DNA of 64,000 nucleotides from a virus: IMG/VR virus record IMGVR_UViG_3300042923_000307, positions 5,663 to 69,662 of that record; one strand, 5' to 3'. Shown piece by piece: positions 54,420 to 64,000 of this stretch (position 1 is its first letter; each line of letters starts with the position of its first letter). The notes under the pieces were generated by a model. It saw only the letters and a program-made list of their open reading frames with translations, ran no database searches and was not told where the DNA came from. The position numbers and the translations under genes were made by a program.

Positions 54420-55985
54420 TTACCATCTACGTTCAGGGCCGACATCAACGTGAACGAACGACTCATCTGAATAATAATGTATACCTCTGAACCCTACTTT
54501 AGCAGCGAGGTCGTATAACTGGTCACCCGAAATTACGCTAGTAGGTACATCCAAGTCAGCCGCCATACCTTTAGTGTGGTAACTCTGGGCTGCTCCACCT
54601 ATTTCATAGTTGTAAGCCTCTGAACGGAAACCAGAGTTAATATCGAACTTAACGAATCCACCGTTATAACGTCTAACTTCCTCTGTAAGAGCATCTAACT
54701 TATCAAGTAACTCCTGATTCATTCCAGGCCAATCACTTTCTCTATTAGGGTCTGACGCTGACTGGAATTCTGACTTAGAGTAGTACTTACTAACGTCTGC
54801 TGTCGCCGTAGTCTGACCTTCAGATGCTTTACCACTACTTGTGTCTGTGCCCGTCTTATACTGTGTATCATATGTAGGAACTGGAGAATCAGCGGTAGCT
54901 TTAGATACGCCGTATATGCGCTTTAGTATCTTCCACCCATTCTTGTCATTACCTAGTTTATCGTGGTAGTACTTGCCAACCGCTGAGTCCTGTGTACCCT
55001 CTAGTATAGCACGCATTAATTGGTATACTATGTCAGCCATGGACTCATACCCTTTACCTGCCATAATGTTAGCTATTAACTTAGTGCTTACTTTGTTCTG
55101 ACCAAATACCATAGGCATAGTAGCGTCTCCTACCATACGTGGGTTAGGGTTAAACAGATACTCAGAAGCATCTAGCGTCATTAGCTGCATCAATGTAGTG
55201 TATGCTGAGCTGTGTATAGCTGAGATAGACATTGTAGCCCCATTTGCATCGGTGCTATACTGGAATCCAGACATCTCACCGTCAAACAATAAACGCCATC
55301 TGTACTCGTACTTATCGTCGGGTAGCATATCCTGGAAAAATACGTGAACTTTGGTAGTTTCAGGTAGGTCTCTAATTATGCTGGAAGCTGGCAGTATTAT
55401 GGTACATGATGGAGGTGAGGCCAACCCATAAGACACTGTAGCACTGCTATGTGGAACCTGAACACCCTCTAGATACACTTCTACATTTAAATAAAACTCA
55501 CTTGTGTTATCCGCACTCTCACCAACACCCGTCTGCGAGTTTTCAGATGGTGCGTCAGCTATACCTGTAGGCTCTGCTATCACTGGCTCCACAGGGGGAG
55601 ACTGGATATTAGTAGTAGGGTTTATAGCAGGTGTTGTAACAGTATTTTCAGGTACAGTTGTGTCCCTAGTATCGTTGTTACTGGCGTCGGCTTGCGCTCT
55701 TATTACTACAGTACCGCTTGAGCTACTATCACCTTTTTTTACAGTTATCTCAGGTATACCGTAGTTTATACATGTGTCCCTTACCCACCATATAGAGTTA
55801 AGTATTGAGCTAGAATCGTCAGATATTGTCATCTGTAGGTCGCCGTCTGATACGGATACTGATATCTTATCCTCCATGCTACCTAGAGAAGCCATCGCCA
55901 TATTGCAACGGCCCTTCTGCTCTAGTGTTAGCTGTGAGTCCTTTATTACCTGTTTATACGTCGTAGTCCATGAAGTAGAAGCCAT
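54420..55985 (-). CDS. baseplate-hub-like protein with C-terminal Peptidase M15 domain
   Basis: VYLEGVQVP N-region; INSGFRSEAYN..IGGAAQSYHTKGMAADL...FVHVDVG (M15_3). Confidence 0.8.
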   Translation of the reverse strand: MASTSWTTTYKQVIKDSQLTLEQKGRCNMAMASLGSMEDKISVSVSDGDLQMTISDDSSSILNSIWWVRDTCINYGIPEITVKKGDSSSSGTVVIRAQADASNNDTRDTTVPENTVTTPAINPTTNIQSPPVEPVIAEPTGIADAPSENSQTGVGESADNTSEFYLNVEVYLEGVQVPHSSATVSYGLASPPSCTIILPASSIIRDLPETTKVHVFFQDMLPDDKYEYRWRLLFDGEMSGFQYSTDANGATMSISAIHSSAYTTLMQLMTLDASEYLFNPNPRMVGDATMPMVFGQNKVSTKLIANIMAGKGYESMADIVYQLMRAILEGTQDSAVGKYYHDKLGNDKNGWKILKRIYGVSKATADSPVPTYDTQYKTGTDTSSGKASEGQTTATADVSKYYSKSEFQSASDPNRESDWPGMNQELLDKLDALTEEVRRYNGGFVKFDINSGFRSEAYNYEIGGAAQSYHTKGMAADLDVPTSVISGDQLYDLAAKVGFRGIHYYSDESFVHVDVGPERRW

Positions 55986-57658
55986 TAGACACGTACGCCC
56001 CCTTTCAACCTAGAACCTAATATACTTGATGTGGTATTAGTACCAAGCATCTTGTTAACCTGCGCTGTAAGGGCCCGCTGCGCCATATTACCTAGCTTAT
56101 CTAGCGCTGCTTGCGTGTTAGAACTCTTACTCGCAGTTACTGTAGCTTTTGTTTTAGCCGCACCCACTGCTGCTGGGTCTAGAGCCGCTGTCCCTGCTGC
56201 TGATACGTTAGCTGTCTTAGTTACTGCCGCAGACGCTGCTGATGTCTTAGAGTCTAGTGGTACAACGTTAGCTAAGTCTGATGTGCCAACTACGTCTGCT
56301 GTTCCTGTAGTACCTTTTGCACCAGAAACTGTGCTATCAGGAGTGATAGTTACAACTGAGTCTGTCGATGTGCCACTACCTTCAATACCGTAAGCCTTGT
56401 TAAACGCTTCGTTACAGACTAACATAGAAAAGTTCATTGGTATTACCATATCGTTGTCTGACGTTATGCTAGTTCCTATGTTGAGCATGTATCCTGTGTA
56501 GTCTGTGAAGTCAGGTAGTACTAGTTTCATACGCACACGGTACTTCGCTAGCCTACTCGCTCTTAAGTAGTGCTCATAAGCGTTCATAAACGCATGATAC
56601 CAGGTAAGCTTCGACTTATCATGGTCACATATCAACAACCCTTGAACAGCTAGAACCATAGGTTCCCTACCTGAGAACGTAGCTGCGAAGCTATCTCCAA
56701 CTGTGGCCTGTATCATACTTCGCTCACTTCTACTCTCTTGTATTGCTGTTATTATAAATCTATTATAACGTGCTTTTAGTGCGCTGTAAATAGCATCTAA
56801 ATTTTGTTTATTCTCACCTGATGCTACACCAGACATAAAGTTACCTGTATCTAGCAGCTTTATATACCCTAATTTGTTATCATCGTCGCTACCATCGGTA
56901 CGTGTAAAGTTTATTAACCGTGCTGTACCTGAGTAACTTGATATGTATGCGTCCGTGTTTATTACTTTTTCATCGCCAGCGTTTGAGCCTATACCTGTAG
57001 ATATACCAAGTGTTTGAGGGTTAAGTGGTTCATCTAGTGGGCTAGGATTCTCTGCTACAATGTCTTCTTCACCAGAGTTGTACTCAAAACCAACGTCTCG
57101 AACACCGCCACCTCTATCCTGCATGTAAGTTCCGTTGCTCATAGCGTTATTAAGGTACTCAATGCGTGCTCTGTACTCGGTGGTACTGATTATACCATCA
57201 TTATAAGCCTGCTCCAAGTAAGTCCTGTCGGCGCTATATTGCGTTTCAGCATCTTGGCTTACAAGAGCTAAGCCTTTAGTTCTATCAACGTCAGGACCTC
57301 TTCCTGATATTCTATCTACTACGTTATTAACTGTTGCACTTGCTTCACCAATTGTAGAGTATGAGCTACTGTTAGCCTCCGCAGCGGCAAGCTGACTAGC
57401 AGACGCTGTAGCTGATTGAAGCTGAGAGTGCAACTCTTCTTGCGCAACAGCCTCACTATTCCCACCTGTGTACCCATTTAGTACAGTGGTAGTTGAGCCA
57501 TCCGCATTACTTGTAGTTGAAATATTAGCGTTTTGTGCAGCTGCGTCGCGATAAGCCTGTAGCTGTGCCGCTCTAGCCTTTAGAGCCTCCTGTTGTGCTA
57601 CTGTTAGCTCAGGGTTTTGAGTAGATGTATAGTTATCTAATACGTCATTTGTAGCCAT
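55985..57658 (-). CDS. tail/baseplate structural protein
   Basis: Position between tape-measure-like and hub genes; Ser/Thr/Ala-rich linkers. Confidence 0.55.
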   Translation of the reverse strand: MATNDVLDNYTSTQNPELTVAQQEALKARAAQLQAYRDAAAQNANISTTSNADGSTTTVLNGYTGGNSEAVAQEELHSQLQSATASASQLAAAEANSSSYSTIGEASATVNNVVDRISGRGPDVDRTKGLALVSQDAETQYSADRTYLEQAYNDGIISTTEYRARIEYLNNAMSNGTYMQDRGGGVRDVGFEYNSGEEDIVAENPSPLDEPLNPQTLGISTGIGSNAGDEKVINTDAYISSYSGTARLINFTRTDGSDDDNKLGYIKLLDTGNFMSGVASGENKQNLDAIYSALKARYNRFIITAIQESRSERSMIQATVGDSFAATFSGREPMVLAVQGLLICDHDKSKLTWYHAFMNAYEHYLRASRLAKYRVRMKLVLPDFTDYTGYMLNIGTSITSDNDMVIPMNFSMLVCNEAFNKAYGIEGSGTSTDSVVTITPDSTVSGAKGTTGTADVVGTSDLANVVPLDSKTSAASAAVTKTANVSAAGTAALDPAAVGAAKTKATVTASKSSNTQAALDKLGNMAQRALTAQVNKMLGTNTTSSILGSRLKGGVRV

Positions 57659-57709
57659 ATACTACCTCCTATTTGAGAAAAGGGCAGCTATTACGCCGCC
57701 CTACTTTGT

Positions 57710-60700
57710 TTACCACCATGTACTAGGTGACAATAGACTAAATGTCTTGGTATTGCTATTACTTTGGTTTACAGGTGATTGTGGTAAGCCACCCATACGC
57801 GTCTTCTGGGCTAGTGAATCTATAGGCTTACTGTTCTCACCCCGTAGTTTCTCTTCTGCCTTGGCTATATTACCGTCTACCATCATAACACGCATTACAC
57901 CTTTACCACCGTAGTCTTCAATAGCACTTTCAACTGAGCCTTTCTTAGGTTTAGTGTCCATCTCTTTCTGCATGGTTTCAAGTGATGTACCTAGTAGCGA
58001 ATTTCGTATTGAGTCTTTAACGTCTGCGTCTGATACCTGTTTATCGCCTAGCAAACCAGCGTACTGCTCACGTAAAGAGCGAACGTCTCCACTACGTATT
58101 TCTCGCAACTTAGACTGTAACTCTTTACCTTCTTTGCTACCACCCTTAGAGCCTTCGATAAACTCAGAGAACTTACCGCTACGTATAGCGTCTGTTATGT
58201 CACCACTGCTAGCATCAAAACCCCATATGTCGTTAACACCACGTGATACTCTATCTAAACCACCTGAAGTACCTGCTGTCTCAAATAGTGTTGCTAACTT
58301 AGTATCTAGGCTACCTTCACCACCAAGGAAACCATCCTTAAGAACCTTAGAGCGTAGCTCACCTGGCCCCATCTTAGCTAGTTTATCAAGTCTCTGTTTA
58401 AGTACAGGGTTATCTATGGAATCCCAATCAGAGCCAGATAGCTCTTGCCCTTGCGCTAGTTTGTCTACAAGTCCACCGAAGTTCTGTAGCTTACCAGCAC
58501 CACCTTGTGTATCCATTATAGCATTAATATCTTCATAGTCAAGACCTAATGCTTTTAAGCTTTCGGCTATTTGGCTAGTACCTATTGACATACCTGTAGA
58601 TGCTTGCATAGAGTACTTATCCGCACCAAATGTCTGACCTATATCTTTAGCCATAGCACCTGCTGTTACATTGAACTGCTTGTAGAAACTGTCGTTACTA
58701 CCCATCATCTTGTTAAGGTTACTCATGTTGTCGTCGCCACCCATGTACTTATTGACGACACCATAAGCTAAGTTACGTGTGGATATACCGTTTCTCTTGG
58801 CGTACTCTGATAGTATATTGTTATCGCCAGTTGTCATACGGCTCATAAGCTCATTACTGCTAGTCTTGTCGTACTTGGTTAAGTCTATACCTGCCTCAGA
58901 CATTATTTGGTATGCCTGCTCTGAGGATAGGTTCTTAAACCAGTCAGCGTTACGAGTAGCACCTGTGATTTCACTTATACTGGAACCTGACATCTGGTCT
59001 GCTAAGTACTCAGCACCACCAGCCATTTTACCGTGGTACTGTGTAGCATTCTTGTAATCCGTTAGTGAGCGTTGACCACCAAGAGACATATATTTACCCA
59101 TACGTGCCATTGCCTCCGAAGAAGACATTGAGTTAGGGTCTAGTATAGTCTTAAAGTAATCCTCATGATTCCTAGAACTCATAGCTTCAATTGCTGGTGC
59201 CATATTAAGACCTGACCTACTAGCTGTTAACCTAGAAGAACCCCAGAATCCTGTGCCACCACCTAGACCAGATTCCCTATCTGCTAAACGGTATCCTTCT
59301 TTATACGCGTCCTCATTTACCCCTATAGTATTAGGTGAACGTCTGTTCTGCAACATATAACGTAGATTAGATAATGTGTCACCCTTGAACTCCCCAGCAC
59401 CAACATTTGGCATACCTGGTGCTCCATCTGGCTCACCTATAAAGCTAGCCCATGAATCATGCATTCTCTGTGCTGGGTTTGTTACAAAGTAGTTGTACAT
59501 CTGACTTGGTACCTTCTCGATAGCTTCACCAGCTTCTCCTAGTCCACGAGCTCTGTGGTACTTCTGAGCATTTTCGAAGTAGTACCCCCTGTCTGCATGT
59601 CTATCGGCTTCCTTACCCATAGCTGCAAATGTGTTTGGTCTAAACTTCTCCATAGCCCATTGCTTGGCTAACGCTGTTGGAACATTGATACCCATAGACT
59701 GCCCTATTTGCTTTATCATTAACCCAGCAGAGTTTTCGTCGTTCATACCTGGCATATTGTCTAAAGCTGCGAATAGCATCTTCTTAACATTACCGTCTAA
59801 TCCACCCTGCTCGGAAGCACTAGCGTTTAGGTTTTCCTGGTTCATCATGAAAGATGCGTACTGCCGTGTATCACCAGCTATACCAGCTAATGCCTGGTGC
59901 ATTGTAGGGAAGTAACCTTTGTTAGCAGCGGAGTTAAACTTATCCATGCTAAAATTACCGCCACCTGTCCAACCAGCGGCAAGCATCATTTTACCTACAC
60001 CGCCGTGTTGCATCATACCTGCTGTAAGGTTAACGCTTGCACCAGCTAGGGCACTATGACCACCTGCTGCGGCTATCTCTGCTGTACTAAGCATACGCCG
60101 CTTTTCTAGTTCATGAGATAGAGCCATGTTCTGCATAGCAGGAATGATACCACCAAATCCTGGCATACCGTGTTGTGCGTAAGCTTGCTGTCCCATTTGT
60201 GCCGCTTGCTGTAATAGCTGTGAACCTGGAACACCCATCATCTGACTGTATTTATATGTGGACGAAGCTAAGTTGGTAGTGAAACCTGGACTCTGTAGTA
60301 CGTTGACACCCATAGTCTTCAAGTTACCTATCTGCTGCATAGCCTCCTGTACGTCTTTCGAACCCATAACACCAGTAAGCAACTTAACCATACTAGCTGC
60401 TGTCTCCATCTGCTTAACTAGTTCTTCGGGCTTTCTACCTTGGAACATGTTCTGCTGTAGACCTTGCATAAGTACGTTTCTATAGCCCTCTGAACCTAAC
60501 CTTGTATCAAAGTCATTAGTGTTCATAAGCTCTCTGTAACCGTAACCAGCTATGTTCTTAGCTACCGACGCAGACTGATGGTTATTGAACTCATTACCGA
60601 AACGGGTAGACATACGGCGTATACCTGATATATCTCTACCATACACCTGTGAGGCATTACTAAGTGCATCAATGTAAGGGTCGGCTATCATGCCTGCTAT

Positions 60701-61252
60701 ACCCATACCTATACCACCTAATGCAAAACGCCCTAAACCTGAGCCTGCCATACTACGCATAGCTGATGGTGCCATTGAACTGCCAGCCATCCTTACTGCA
60801 CCCCATCCACCTAAAGCGCCGAAAGCCATACCACCCATATGCGTAGTAGCATCCACACCAAACTGTGTGAAACGATGGTTCATCTCATTTTGACGCTGCC
60901 AACCAAACTCCATACCGCTTACGTTATAAGGTCTTTGGCTAGTAACCAAACCTGTAGTCGACATATTAGCCAACGTGTCTGCCATAGGACGACTCATACC
61001 ACCTGTTAGGTTCATAGACCCATACGCAGGTATATAACTTGGGTGTGGTTGAACATTGGCTTGCGGCATTGCAGATGCCATATTCCGTAAGGTCATATGA
61101 ATGCTGGACATAGTAAGATTCAAAGTTTGGAAACTCGTGGCTAAAGAGTCTCTAACACCTTTCAGTGTTTGCGACAAATCGTCACGTACCTGCTGTGCAG
61201 GAGTAGCCTGCATTATATTACCATCTGGGCTAAACAGCTCTCCGTAAGCCAT
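57710..61252 (-). CDS. putative tape measure protein
   Basis: 1180 aa, Gly/Ala/Met-rich helical composition, upstream of baseplate-hub genes. Confidence 0.6.
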   Translation of the reverse strand: MAYGELFSPDGNIMQATPAQQVRDDLSQTLKGVRDSLATSFQTLNLTMSSIHMTLRNMASAMPQANVQPHPSYIPAYGSMNLTGGMSRPMADTLANMSTTGLVTSQRPYNVSGMEFGWQRQNEMNHRFTQFGVDATTHMGGMAFGALGGWGAVRMAGSSMAPSAMRSMAGSGLGRFALGGIGMGIAGMIADPYIDALSNASQVYGRDISGIRRMSTRFGNEFNNHQSASVAKNIAGYGYRELMNTNDFDTRLGSEGYRNVLMQGLQQNMFQGRKPEELVKQMETAASMVKLLTGVMGSKDVQEAMQQIGNLKTMGVNVLQSPGFTTNLASSTYKYSQMMGVPGSQLLQQAAQMGQQAYAQHGMPGFGGIIPAMQNMALSHELEKRRMLSTAEIAAAGGHSALAGASVNLTAGMMQHGGVGKMMLAAGWTGGGNFSMDKFNSAANKGYFPTMHQALAGIAGDTRQYASFMMNQENLNASASEQGGLDGNVKKMLFAALDNMPGMNDENSAGLMIKQIGQSMGINVPTALAKQWAMEKFRPNTFAAMGKEADRHADRGYYFENAQKYHRARGLGEAGEAIEKVPSQMYNYFVTNPAQRMHDSWASFIGEPDGAPGMPNVGAGEFKGDTLSNLRYMLQNRRSPNTIGVNEDAYKEGYRLADRESGLGGGTGFWGSSRLTASRSGLNMAPAIEAMSSRNHEDYFKTILDPNSMSSSEAMARMGKYMSLGGQRSLTDYKNATQYHGKMAGGAEYLADQMSGSSISEITGATRNADWFKNLSSEQAYQIMSEAGIDLTKYDKTSSNELMSRMTTGDNNILSEYAKRNGISTRNLAYGVVNKYMGGDDNMSNLNKMMGSNDSFYKQFNVTAGAMAKDIGQTFGADKYSMQASTGMSIGTSQIAESLKALGLDYEDINAIMDTQGGAGKLQNFGGLVDKLAQGQELSGSDWDSIDNPVLKQRLDKLAKMGPGELRSKVLKDGFLGGEGSLDTKLATLFETAGTSGGLDRVSRGVNDIWGFDASSGDITDAIRSGKFSEFIEGSKGGSKEGKELQSKLREIRSGDVRSLREQYAGLLGDKQVSDADVKDSIRNSLLGTSLETMQKEMDTKPKKGSVESAIEDYGGKGVMRVMMVDGNIAKAEEKLRGENSKPIDSLAQKTRMGGLPQSPVNQSNSNTKTFSLLSPSTWW

Positions 61253-61272
61253 GTTCTACCACCACCTTAATA

Positions 61273-61572
61273 CTAAATTGCTTTTAACTTACTTATATTA
61301 ATCTTACGCACGCCATCTTTAACGGGAATCTTTTTAAACTGTGCGTACGTCATCTCGTATCGATAGTCCCAATCGTTGTCCACAAGGACTACTTTCTTAG
61401 CTTGTTTAAAAGGGCTTAAGTCAAATTCAGCTATATTAGCGAACTTTACTCCGTCTTCAACTATATACCTTGTAGCATAAACCCACAGCTCTAGCCTCTG
61501 AGCACCATGGTTGTACTGTCCTACGGAGATATGCACTGCACTTGGGCTTATGACACTAATGTTTGTAATCAT
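61273..61572 (-). CDS. hypothetical protein
   Basis: Co-oriented ORF. Confidence 0.55.
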   Translation of the reverse strand: MITNISVISPSAVHISVGQYNHGAQRLELWVYATRYIVEDGVKFANIAEFDLSPFKQAKKVVLVDNDWDYRYEMTYAQFKKIPVKDGVRKINISKLKAI

Positions 61573-61808
61573 TATTTAACACACCTTTCAACTTCACATT
61601 TTATACCCCATGTGCCGTCTGACTCAAATGGTGCGTCAATAGCTCTGAACACACTATTACCTCCAGCGTCAACATGAAGCTCCTCTAGATTATCATCCTC
61701 GTATAGTTTGAATATGCTTCCCTTACGTAGCTTCTCAAAAGGAATAACGGCCCACGTACCATCCTCGACTACTAGGACCTCAACCAACCTTTTACGCATG
61801 ATGCCCAA
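61572..61808 (-). CDS. hypothetical protein
   Basis: Co-oriented ORF downstream of AGGTATAAT at 61838-61846 (minus). Confidence 0.55.
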   Translation of the reverse strand: MGIMRKRLVEVLVVEDGTWAVIPFEKLRKGSIFKLYEDDNLEELHVDAGGNSVFRAIDAPFESDGTWGIKCEVERCVK

Positions 61809-61881
61809 CTCTCTTTCGTTTAATTTACCTAAATACTATTATACCTACTTAGACATAAAAAAAGAGAGCCTAAGCTCTCAA

Positions 61882-62130
61882 TTATTTAACTATATGGTTC
61901 TCTATACGTGTAGCGATGGTCCACTGTTGTATTTCTCTATCAATGTTTACCTTACTGTCAGTGAAACCGCCTGTTATTACTGGTATAGGTGGTATTTCCT
62001 CCCTTTCAGTGTACACACCTTTGGCTATGGTAGGTACGGGCTTACCATACATACCTACTAGGTTCTGTGCCTGAGTAGCTCGGAAGTCACCTTTTTCAGA
62101 CTCTGCTTTTGAAAGTTGTGTGTTGTACAT
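61882..62130 (-). CDS. hypothetical protein
   Basis: ATG at 62130 overlapping upstream stop; GGAGAG RBS; terminator 61857-61879. Confidence 0.55.
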   Translation of the reverse strand: MYNTQLSKAESEKGDFRATQAQNLVGMYGKPVPTIAKGVYTEREEIPPIPVITGGFTDSKVNIDREIQQWTIATRIENHIVK

Positions 62131-63998
62131 CAGCTCTCCAACCACCTTGTTACATTATCGTGCGCTGCCGCTTTTAACTCGGACATACAAGCCTGTGTAG
62201 GTCTACCGTTGTTGGCTTCGTAGCTCTTTAACAGTCTGCGGTATTCTACGTCTACTTGGCTCTGGAAGTAGTGCGCCATATCGTGACCATTCATTGCTCC
62301 TGCTGGTTTACCATACCGTGCATTTACTAACTTCTTAAGCCCTGCTGGTACTGGTGCGTACCTCATTATAGGGTAACGTGACTCAAGGTTCTTTTGCTCA
62401 CGAATGTTGTTTACTATGTGTGTAACTTCTTCCTGTGGGGCCTTACTACGCATAGCTGTATCGATTATCTCCTGGTCTGCTATCTGCTGAGCGGGGTGTG
62501 CGCCGTAAGCTATGGCACCTGCGGCTGTTACAGAACCTACGCTAAATGGGAGAGCATCGATAACCATCTGCTTTGTAATATGAGCACTAACTGTTTGGTC
62601 ACACACCTGTCTACCTAGTAAAGCACCGCTAGTTAACGCTACTGCCATACCTACGTTACGCTTGGTCTTGTTATCACCATTACGACTAGCATAGTACCCG
62701 CCGCCTACTGTACCAATAAACGGAACCATCTTACCGATAGCCTTACCTAACTCAAGCCCAGCTTTGTCGTGTATGGTGTGTGACGCTACTGCGGGGTTAA
62801 GCTTATTCATACCATATAGTGTCATACCCGCTGCTGCGCCAGCCAGAGCTGCTGATGCTATCAACTTACTCTTTGTGTTAGTCTGCGTACCATCTGGTAG
62901 AGTCTTAATGGCGTGCATTACATCTGCTGCATAACCGCGCTGTGTATTTAGCTGTAATGTGTAACCATCATCGTCAGCACTGGCGTACTTAGGTTCACTG
63001 TACTCATGGTATATCGCTGTACCACCAGCTAACCCTAATGCGGCGTCTGTCTGTGACTTACGAACGTCTAACTTTGTCTTAAGTATCTTACGTTCTAAAC
63101 CTTTAGCGGCTTCTGCGTTAACCTGTTGACGCAAGCTTCCCGTTTGAAAAGCTTCTGCTCTACCTAAGTGTTCGCCTAGCTCTTGATGTAGTGTTTGTAG
63201 CTCACTATGCCTACCCGCGACGTTCTTAGCGAAGTTACCCACAGACTTTACTGCTCTATTACCAAAGTTAGTCGCTACTGTGCGTACTGAACTTGCCTGC
63301 TTTGTCTTAACCTGTTCCTGGTTTTGGTCATTCTCGACCTTATTTTGCTGTGTACCTTGCTGTTGGTTAGGGTCGCCTGCTGGTGCTGACTGCGTTGGTT
63401 GTCCTTGTATAGGTTGACCTGCTGGAACACCGCCCATTGGACCTGTAGCATGTTGGCTAGCTGGTAATTGTACACCCTTTCCTGCGGAAATAACAAGAGC
63501 ATCCCCCTCTTTCTTATCTCTGTGAGCCTGTGCACCCATATGTTTAACTGTAGCATCTGTTAACTTAGATTGCTGTTTAATACCCGCTTCCTGTGCCTTT
63601 AACCCTATCTCCTGTCCTTTAAGACCAAGTTCTTGTTGCTGTACCATTAGCTCCTGTTGACGTTGCATGGCTTCTTGCTGCTTCTCAAGTATACCCGTTT
63701 GACCTTTAGCGAACTTTATCTCTTTCTCTAAGTGTCGTTTTATAGCAGGTGCCCAGTGATGTTTGTCTAATAAGCCTTCATTTACCTCACGGTAGTTGTC
63801 TAACTTAGATGGGTCTGCTGGGTCAGCACTGGGTAAGGTGTAGTCATTACGGAAGTTCTTCATGTTTATCTCGAACGCAGCAACCTTTGAAGTAATCTCT
63901 TCCGTTGTAGCACGTACTCTTACGAAGTCTGTAGCTTTAGCATGGAGCATGTCTGCTGCTACGCCTGGCTGTGCACTCGGTACCAAAGCGTTGGTCAC
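62130..63998 (-). CDS. large virion/internal protein, probably 5'-partial
   Basis: Gln-rich coiled coil, hydrophobic Gly/Ala segments, KVAA/KQAS/KYAS motifs; frame runs to the window edge. Confidence 0.6.
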   Translation of the reverse strand: MTNALVPSAQPGVAADMLHAKATDFVRVRATTEEITSKVAAFEINMKNFRNDYTLPSADPADPSKLDNYREVNEGLLDKHHWAPAIKRHLEKEIKFAKGQTGILEKQQEAMQRQQELMVQQQELGLKGQEIGLKAQEAGIKQQSKLTDATVKHMGAQAHRDKKEGDALVISAGKGVQLPASQHATGPMGGVPAGQPIQGQPTQSAPAGDPNQQQGTQQNKVENDQNQEQVKTKQASSVRTVATNFGNRAVKSVGNFAKNVAGRHSELQTLHQELGEHLGRAEAFQTGSLRQQVNAEAAKGLERKILKTKLDVRKSQTDAALGLAGGTAIYHEYSEPKYASADDDGYTLQLNTQRGYAADVMHAIKTLPDGTQTNTKSKLIASAALAGAAAGMTLYGMNKLNPAVASHTIHDKAGLELGKAIGKMVPFIGTVGGGYYASRNGDNKTKRNVGMAVALTSGALLGRQVCDQTVSAHITKQMVIDALPFSVGSVTAAGAIAYGAHPAQQIADQEIIDTAMRSKAPQEEVTHIVNNIREQKNLESRYPIMRYAPVPAGLKKLVNARYGKPAGAMNGHDMAHYFQSQVDVEYRRLLKSYEANNGRPTQACMSELKAAAHDNVTRWLES

Positions 63999-64000
63999 TC

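Noticed and set aside
1-64000. Alternative genetic code (stop-codon reassignment)
   Set aside because: Genes tile densely under code 11 and TAG, TGA and TAA all terminate recognisable full-length proteins

Overview
A 64-kb segment of a large lytic myovirus-like (jumbo-type) bacteriophage, standard genetic code, probably infecting a Bacillota host (Firmicutes-type MinD, amidase and GGAGG ribosome-binding sites). It carries a JAB/E1 (PRTRC-like) ubiquitin-type module, a 320-bp iteron-rich inverted repeat, lysis, tail-fibre, baseplate and tape-measure-like genes, portal and terminase, and a phage sigma factor. A fused beta/beta' RNA polymerase ends in a 26-aa Ser-initiated split-intein N-fragment right after NADFDGD. 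Accessory genes include MinC(C-terminal domain)/MinD and a NAMPT+NMNAT/Nudix NAD-salvage pair. The standout is a retron-type reverse transcriptase operon (Cys-rich ORF, RT, acidic ORF; 28897-31137) followed by a separately promoted ~1.25-kb non-coding array (31200-32450) of seven divergent retron-ncRNA-like units. Each unit has complementary 5'/3' arms, an unpaired G at the end of the 5' arm, and a GA(T/C/G)TTC-capped hairpin 12-16 nt downstream; most have an AGWCRAG-like motif before the 3' arm. This suggests one RT with a library of different templates. All calls are from visual motif reading; no database searches were run.
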